Assembly (NCBI GenBank): GCA_012295275.1
Contig: CM022671.1
Coordinates: 15,376,001 to 15,440,000, forward strand
Direction: 5' to 3'
DNA length: 64,000 bases
Source: Chrysomallon squamiferum
Lineage: Eukaryota > Animalia > Mollusca
Shown: positions 56,701 to 64,000 of the stretch, in pieces
How positions within the stretch are numbered: the stretch's first letter is position 1
Layout of the letters: each line of letters opens with the position of its first letter
The notes under the pieces: generated by a model
Told to the model about the DNA's origin: nothing
Seen by the model: only the letters and a program-made list of their open reading frames with translations
Databases searched by the model: none
Program-made: the position numbers and the translations under genes

Positions 56701-59244
56701 ATGGATCAAAAATGTATTATTAAAAGATTCAGAAATAATGGAACAGTAGGAAATATCTGGTTTGTAAGTGCCTCTAAACCAGAATTTTTCACTGCATAAT
56801 ATTCAAAAATATTAAAAGAAATTAAAAACTTCTATACTAGGATAAAATGATCATCAACATAAAACAAGTCATTTAAAAAAAATCATGAAAACTAACCTCA
56901 ACATGAATGTATTTGTTTCTATTAACAGCATCACTGACATTCTGAAGAAAGGTGCCCTGGAACAAAATTTATAGAAAATGAACTACTTTTCTTAGGTCTA
57001 AAATACAAATGTTAAGAACAGCTTAATACTGGTTTCAATACAACCTAATATTTGAAAATTTTCTTGTAAAATGTAAATAATTTATTTTTTTATATTTTTC
57101 TTATATTCCAAAGAAACCTTTGTCTTACACAATTCAGAATCAGAGTACAAAAAAAAAAAAAAAAATCCTTTGTAAAATAATCTTAAACATTTATTTATTT
57201 GTTTTTACATTTTTTTCAGAAAATTTTAAATATCTCTTAAAACCTTATCAGATTCCAATCTTTGAGGATCCCAGAAATCAAATTCCCATATACTTTCATC
57301 TGATATCTGGACAGGGATATTAACACCTTTTAAAAAATAAAATACAGTACAAAATGAATAACATTACTAGAGAATCAATGTTTTCCTTTTTATTCTCAGT
57401 GTCCATCAATGGCTGCCACAATTCTGCCTTATTTAGTTCTAATGAAGTTTTGATTTATACATCAGGAGTATTATTAATGAAAAAAATTTCTAATTAACTA
57501 AAACAATTTGAAAAAATTAATATTTTACCTTATTATACACTATTTTTGTTTTATTTAATTTTGCAACATTTTATTATGAAGATAAAAACAAAATAAATTT
57601 TTTAGCAAGTTGTAGAATTTTAACATAATATCAAAAAGACAAAAAGACAAAAAAAAAAAAAAAAAAAACATTTTAAATTAATAAAAATAAATGAATAATA
57701 AAACAAATATGACTAAAAAAATAGAAAGTTTAAATATAATTAATAATCTTACAAATAATGAGAAAAACTTACCTAATAATTTATGGTGCTTATGAGAATG
57801 CAGCCCATTTATATCATCCATAACACTATTTACAAACAGTGACACTCCCTGCAATACAACAAAACGTAACAGTCTTTGCTATAGATTTCCAAATGTCCTA
57901 GAATCAAGGTGCTTTACAGAGTATTTGTTTAATATATTTAAAAAAAAAAAAAAAAATCTTTTTTATATTCATAATACTCATAATAATATATTCATAATAA
58001 TTAAATTTGATTAGAGTGGTAACAAAATTCTGTATCATGACAAACTAATTTAAATTTTGTAAATTTTGAAGATAGATTTAAAAACATACTTTAGTGACAT
58101 CAAGTCCAGTGACAAGGTATTCCAAACGAACTTCAACACAGTGAGTGTGAGTGTAAAATGTGCCCTGAAAAACTGTCTGTCCCACCAGTGCTGTCATTAC
58201 CTGTATCTGTAAATAGAAATCAAATGTTTCTATACTTACTGTATTTGCTTTTCCACTGAATATTCAAATGAACTAAATAAAATCTATAGCTTGAAAACTC
58301 TCATAATCTAAATAAATATAATGAGTTAAACATGGAAATTTGTTTTAAAATATGTGTGTATAAATATATTTGTCATAGTTAAATAGAATGCAGTGTATAT
58401 TTCTGATTCAAAAAAAAAATAAACATTTCCATTTTCAACTGAGTTTAGGTTTTCATGTACCTAATATATTCAATTATTGTAAAATGTTTATGTTAAATTT
58501 GTAGTAAAATTACATAATTTTTGTAATAATGTAAATTTTTAATAAAAAACTTAATTTTTTCTAATAAATAATATAATTTTCAAAATAAGATATTATTAAC
58601 CTGTAACATCAAAAAAAATATAAAAAAATAAAATAAAATATAATAAAATGAAAATAAAAGACAAAAATAGTTGAGTGCAGTTTTATCTGATTAAAGAACC
58701 CTAATAAAATGTAATCACATCTGGTACATATTTACAAAACTGTGAGGAAATTCTGTATTTTACAAAAAAAACAAACATATACACAAAGTCTAGTACAGTA
58801 TAATCCTCATCAGTGATTAAATCTTCTGGATTTGGTGTCAGGCTGTCAAGAAGCCATCTGTAACGCTGGAGAATATCTGCATCAACACATCTCAACACAC
58901 TGGACAGGCCCCACACTGTAGGGTTGTCTTTCACAGTGTACAGATTCAGAAGCTGTGTCTCTTGAAGAGCAGTTCCTGAAAGTAATAAAATCTGTTATTT
59001 TTTCCCATTTATATTTTGTTTAATTTCAGGATCTTTGACAAAATTAATGAAATACAGTGGGAAATTTCTTTTGGGGAAAACTGATTACTGGGACGTGTTA
59101 CATAATTTGAGATGTTAATGTTTCAGATGAGCTTTAAAAGATATAGAGTTTAAAATTTACCTAAGCTGTATTCAATCTGCTCAGCTGTATATGAATCCAT
59201 GTAGAATCTGAAATGTGCAATAATATACATAGTCATTTAACAAC

Positions 59245-59286
<42 letters not shown>

Positions 59287-60706
59287 AATGTATTATTGAA
59301 ATTAAAAGACTGAAAAAATATATAACAAAAATTGTCTAAAATTAATAAAAACCAATTAGAAACTGCAACACTCAACATACTTCTCAGCATATGGTCTTAA
59401 TCGTATAACAAAGCCTGGATATGGATTGTATGGCAAGTCATTTCGGTATAGAAGTTCATCGATCAGAGACTGAAAGATCACCTCCAGCTGTGTTTTTTCC
59501 AGGTATCTTTTTATCAAGTAATTAACATAATCATCACTGTCCTTAGCTGCAGGATACGAGGTTCGAGGAACAATACTAGAAGCCTGAAATATTATTTGTG
59601 AGATGCATATACATCAATATAATACTGTCATGGTCATTTAAAATTCTCAGGTTATAAAAAAAAAAGGCATTTCTTTAACTCAAAATATCCTTAGTGTCTT
59701 ACTTTTTCAGATTGTGCTAATGATTAATTTCAAACAAAAACTATTTTTCAGAAAACCTAAGGCAGCCTAACTATATTTATTATCAAAATTACCTTGATGA
59801 CCTTTAAAGCTAGAATATTATGTAAATATTACATTAGCAGATCAATTAATATGTTGCTATGCAATTTTTACTTATCTTGCTTTTCATATTTTTTATTCCT
59901 AACACATCTAATAATCTGTGTTAATTACATTTGAGTTGACACTGATAGCTGCAGACGAAAGTCTTCTGGAGCTGACTACTGAGTCACGTCTTGGGATTGA
60001 TCCTCTTGGGTTAATCTGGCTTGAAGTATTGGGTTTATAGTTCGCTTTCTGAAAGAACGAAAGAAAGAAAAAAGGAATTAAAAAAAGGTTCTACAAAACA
60101 CATCTATAGACTATTTAATGTACATTGATGACACATCAGTTCATGAAATAGAAAATATTTATATATGTGTGTATTCGTGTAATTCAAAATAATAACCCAG
60201 CAACTGAATGAGAAATACGAGGATCTGTATGTCAGAAATGTTTCATAGCTCTACATTTTTGGTTGAAATATCATTTCCTACAACCCAAGAAAGCAGTTTC
60301 AGTTAAATCTACGAGTCATTTATAACAAAAAGTTTAAAAATAATAATAATAAAAAATAAACAAAAAACAGAAAAAAGAAGAAAAAAGTTTATAAAAAATT
60401 AGAAAGAATGTTGACTATATATTGACATTACAAGATCATGCAGAAGTAAAAAATGAATACTAAGATCAAACTATAGTTATAGTTTAGTCAATCAGCGAGA
60501 AACATCAAAGGATCATCAATAATGTACAAATGCCATCTGTGAAATCAGATAATACACTGAATGTTTTTATCGTATGCAAAAGGTATCATACACCTGAATG
60601 ATGTTTAGTGAGGTATCATTTACAACGTGACAAGTACTAGTAGGCTTATACATTAAAGTGGCTAACATTCAATATATTTAAATTATTTATAAGGACTTAC
60701 AGCCAT
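42141..60706 (-). CDS. Uncharacterised ~1200-aa protein, ~30 exons, two homologous modules each beginning with an RIIa/Dpy-30-like dimerization/docking motif
   Basis: Hand-spliced in-frame GT-AG exons (some ends +/- a few nt): 60701-60706, 59929-60048, 59381-59583, 59161-59207, 58797-58975, 58090-58206, 57773-57848, 57245-57327, 56898-56957, 56071-56171, 55715-55863, 55295-55496, 55049-55141, 54569-54692, 53997-54073, 53312-53423, 52600-52692, 52115-52196, 51464-51537, 49829-49953, 49087-49202, 47152-47265, 46712-46859, 46203-46373, 45220-45295, 44784-44850, 44307-44474, 43746-43922, 43026-43211, 42141-42392. Confidence 0.85.
49912..51301. repeat. Minisatellite, ~21 units of ~57-69 bp, derived from an intron/exon acceptor junction
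   Basis: Unit ctcagttaaaactgtaccacacctcatccaagtgagtgtctaa(caaa)tactgtaaataaaattatctat. The first unit overlaps coding exon 49829-49953. Confidence 0.97.
54725..54927. repeat. 100-bp near-exact tandem duplication (intronic)
   Basis: tattctaagatgctatgatggtaataaga...gtaagaattctatata starts at both 54725 and 54825. Confidence 0.95.
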
Positions 60707-60991
60707 TGTAACGTTTTGTTACTGCAAATTACATCAAACATATATTTTCAGTCACTGACATGTTGTTTGAATAGCGTTCGCGACCATTATTTGTATTTAC
60801 GTCGATACAGAGCAACAAGGAAAATACGGAAGCCCGATAGCGCCAAGGTGAATGAATATGCTTATTTTATTGGACGGACGTCGCTATATCAGAATAACAG
60901 AATCTGACGTCTACCAGAAAATAAGTTGCATATAGATCTACTGGACCTTAGTAGATACCCCCCTTTCTTTTTCTTTCTTTTTTTGAATCAC

Positions 60992-61025
<34 letters not shown>

Positions 61026-61265
61026 AATGGTGAAATTAAATTTTGTTTTTTCTTAATTTTTTCTTTCAATTATTTTTTTTTTATTTTTTTTAATTTAATT
61101 TCATTATTATTTTTAATCTGGTTACATGCCATGTCCGGAAGTTGAGGCGGTATCCGTGATTAGTCCATTTCTTTTTTGTTTTTGCTATATCATTGTTAAA
61201 GTATATTTAGCGGAACATATATAAGGAATTCAGTTACATTTGTATTTTTGTAATCAAACGCAATC
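60707..61265. promoter_or_regulatory. Putative bidirectional promoter between the large minus-strand gene and SELENOK
   Basis: The divergent ATGs are ~560 bp apart. The interval has CpG-containing patches and an ETS-type CCGGAAGT at 61135-61142. Confidence 0.55.
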
Positions 61266-63517
61266 ATGGTTTACGTGTCAGATGGTAAATTTAAAACTAA
61301 TTTTTACAGAATATAATCTAAATAAGACTTAGCTGTGATGTAATTATATATAATATTATATAAAATTATGCTGCTTAGATATCATTATAACGTATTATTT
61401 CAGGTCATGTTTTGGATTCTAGATCGCCATGGCGTTTATCGTTCATTCCAGAACTGTTCTGGGGAATTATCAACTTTATTGTGCTGTTGTAAGTCATATT
61501 TTAGATTATAACTTATTTTAAATAAGACAAATTTCTACTTTTCAGACAAATATTTATTTTTAAATAATTTTGAAAATTATTACGGTTGGTTTTGCTTGTT
61601 CATCTACTAGTAATAATACTAGTACTACTTGATTCTTACATGTGTAATTTATAACATATATTTAAGCATTACTATACGACCATGTTGGAACAAATTTAAG
61701 CTGGTTTTGATCTTAATGTAAATATATCATAAAATAGTGCCTACAAAATATTTTAAATGTTACCATTACCAAGAACTTCTAAAGAGTAAAAAACAGTTAT
61801 ATTGGATTGGAGTAACAAAAAAACAAAAAAAAGTCATGTTTTGTAGTTTTATTGATATAATTAATTAGTGACTATTTCTTCTATAACCTTTCTTGAAAGC
61901 AAATCAGATTATTATTTATAAAAATATAATTTTAACTGAACACTTTATGATTAGTTTTGCTTGCCTTTTAGACATTGAAAGTATGAAAAAGAGTTCACAA
62001 AAATTAAATAAATCTATACCATATAATTTTTTTTTTTTTTTTTTTTTTAAAGTAAATAAAATTAAAGTGCAAATTACATGAAGTACAAGGAAATAAATTA
62101 TGATATTTGACATAACATTATTCTAAGCAATAGTAAAGTTTGAAAATTATTTTCTGCTCTTTTGATTGAAATTGAATAATGTTTTCTCAATACATGAAAA
62201 AAACTGTCATTAAAATATTTGTTTTATGTGGACACTGGTCATATTAAACACAAATATATGCAACCTGTAAATATCTAGTTAAAAAAAAAAAAAAAGGACT
62301 TATGTATTTTGGATCCACATCTAAGTCTTCTTGATAAACCATGTCACCTCAAGAGAGCTGATGGTCACACCTTGGTCAGCAAAGCCAGTGAAGAAAAGAT
62401 AAAATATAATTGCAACAAAATTAAAATATTTGTTGATTTTCAAATACATAGAAATATTTAATACAGATTCATATAATCACTAATGTTCTGTATATGTGAT
62501 GTTACTTTTTATTCTTTTAATAATGAATGTAATGCATATATGTTTTGATTATATTTTTTCAGTTTTCAAACAATGATAAATGTGAGTTATTTTTTTTTTT
62601 TTGTTATTTATGATTTACATTAATTTTTACTATTAGATAAAAAAAATATTGTTAAACTGTTAAATTAGTATAACACAATACACACTCACTCACATGCACA
62701 TGCATGCTAACATACACGCCCTTGTCTTATATAGTTCAGAAATGTTTATTCTTTCAGGTGTAATTAAAAATTTTGAACATGACAACAATTTAAAATACTT
62801 AAAAAGTTCAATGATTGATTTCTTACAGCCCAATCTAACAAAACGTGGCGTCCATTATACATCTGACTACAGAGGCAGTGGACACAAGTAAGTGAATGTT
62901 CATTGTTCTGTTTTGAAATTTCATGCATGGTATGTTAATTCACTCTGTATGAAGAAAAAAATTATTAATTTCATAAAATATGGAATTATAGAATTTTCAA
63001 ACATTGTTTTCTTATTAAACCTTTTCATCCTTCATCTAAAACAATTAAAAGTAATGAGAACTACTGTATCAGTGATATAAATTTTAAACATTACAAAGAG
63101 AATGGTTGACTTTTTAACTGTTCTTAACATACTTTCTAATGACATTTTATTATCCTGACATATGTATTCTAGTGACATATTTATTTATTATTATGACCGA
63201 ATTTTACAACTTCACTCACACTGTTGACAATTTATGTTACAGTCCTGGAGGTGGGGGTGGTGGAGGGCCGAGAAGAAGAATGGGAGGATTTAGAGGTGGT
63301 GACGGTAAAGTTATTTTATTCATTTTTTAAAGACATCATTAAACACAAATGACTGTTAAAGTGTTACAATTTTAAAAATAATAATCTTGTTTCTGAAGCA
63401 TTAGAGCTCTTTTATCTGTTTGTCTGTTTATCTGTCTATCCCACTAACTTTATTTGTATCTTTCAGTCTCTGTCAGTATATATGCATGTGTGAATGTATT
63501 TATGTGTTTCTTTATAT

Positions 63518-63595
<78 letters not shown>

Positions 63596-63847
63596 ATATG
63601 TAGGTGTGTTTGTATTGATACATTTTTCATTTAATATCTTAAAAATCAGTATAACTTTTTAAGAACTTGAGTAATTGATACTTTTCACAGAAAAATTTAG
63701 CGTTTAATCTTAGATTCTGTTTACTTCAATATAAACAAAATATATTCAGAAAATAAATATTAACATTTTACACATTTAGAATTAATAATTTTATTTTTAG
63801 ATGGTCCCAGTCCTCCTCCGATGGCTGGTGGTGGATGAGGCAGGTAA
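61266..63847 (+). CDS. SELENOK: Selenoprotein K (96 aa, 6 exons, Sec encoded by TGA at 63836-63838)
   Basis: Exons 61266-61284, 61404-61488, 62563-62581, 62829-62887, 63243-63304, 63801-63847 give MVYVSDGHVLDSRSPWRLSFIPELFWGIINFIVLFFQTMINPNLTKRGVHYTSDYRGSGHNPGGGGGGGPRRRMGGFRGGDDGPSPPPMAGGGUGR*. This has the hallmark SelK N-terminus, TM helix, PRRRMG and C-terminal GGUGR. Confidence 0.95.
63520..63591. repeat. (CT)n microsatellite in the last SELENOK intron
   Basis: Perfect CT run. Confidence 0.97.
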
Positions 63848-63849
63848 AT

Positions 63850-63900
63850 GCTACTGATTTTGTTTTTGAGAACTTCATTGTTCCAGAATTAATCAGTAGC
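63850..63900 (+). promoter_or_regulatory. RNA stem-loop immediately 3' of the SELENOK Sec and stop codons
   Basis: gctactgatt (63850-63859) is the exact reverse complement of aatcagtagc (63891-63900). The inner ttttgagaac and gttccagaa can extend the stem. Confidence 0.55.
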
Positions 63901-64000
63901 TAAAACATGGCCATTCTCTGTGATGTTGTCAACAATTGATCTTCAAGAGTAGTGTGTGCTCAACCTACAACATTTGATCTACAACAGTACATTTCAACAT

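Noticed and set aside
37616-63847. Functional selenium cluster of the PhnD-like gene and SELENOK (some bacterial PhnD relatives are annotated as putative selenate-binding)
   Set aside because: The genes are 21 kb apart with an unrelated gene between them. Animal gene neighbourhood alone is not evidence without conserved synteny.
63848-64000. Hairpin after SELENOK as the SECIS element
   Set aside because: It lacks the AUGA/GA quartet with properly spaced apical AA and is too close to the UGA. The SECIS is probably beyond the window.

Overview
AT-rich, microsatellite-rich animal genomic DNA (intron-rich; probably a lophotrochozoan such as a mollusc, which is inference). Six protein-coding genes could be reconstructed by hand from GT-AG splice sites and frame continuity. 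(1,2) Two tandem minus-strand genes with uninterrupted CDSs and divergent N-terminal PTB/PH-like domains (7166-8965; 10817-12226). (3) MED20 (4 exons, +). (4) An intron-containing PhnD/phosphonate-binding-protein-like gene (+, 37616-40124). (5) A ~30-exon, ~1200-aa uncharacterised minus-strand gene (42141-60706) made of two homologous modules, each opening with an RIIa/Dpy-30-like docking motif followed by a possible degenerate nucleotidyltransferase-like fold. (6) Selenoprotein K (6 exons, in-frame UGA, +), head-to-head with gene 5. Intergenic DNA holds decayed MULE, Academ-like and RTE-LINE fragments, several MITEs and a long AT-rich palindrome. The most unusual observations are the two-module protein and a ~21-copy minisatellite built from its own splice acceptor; use of a decoy acceptor would stop the protein at the module boundary. 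All homology calls come from motif recognition, not from database searches.
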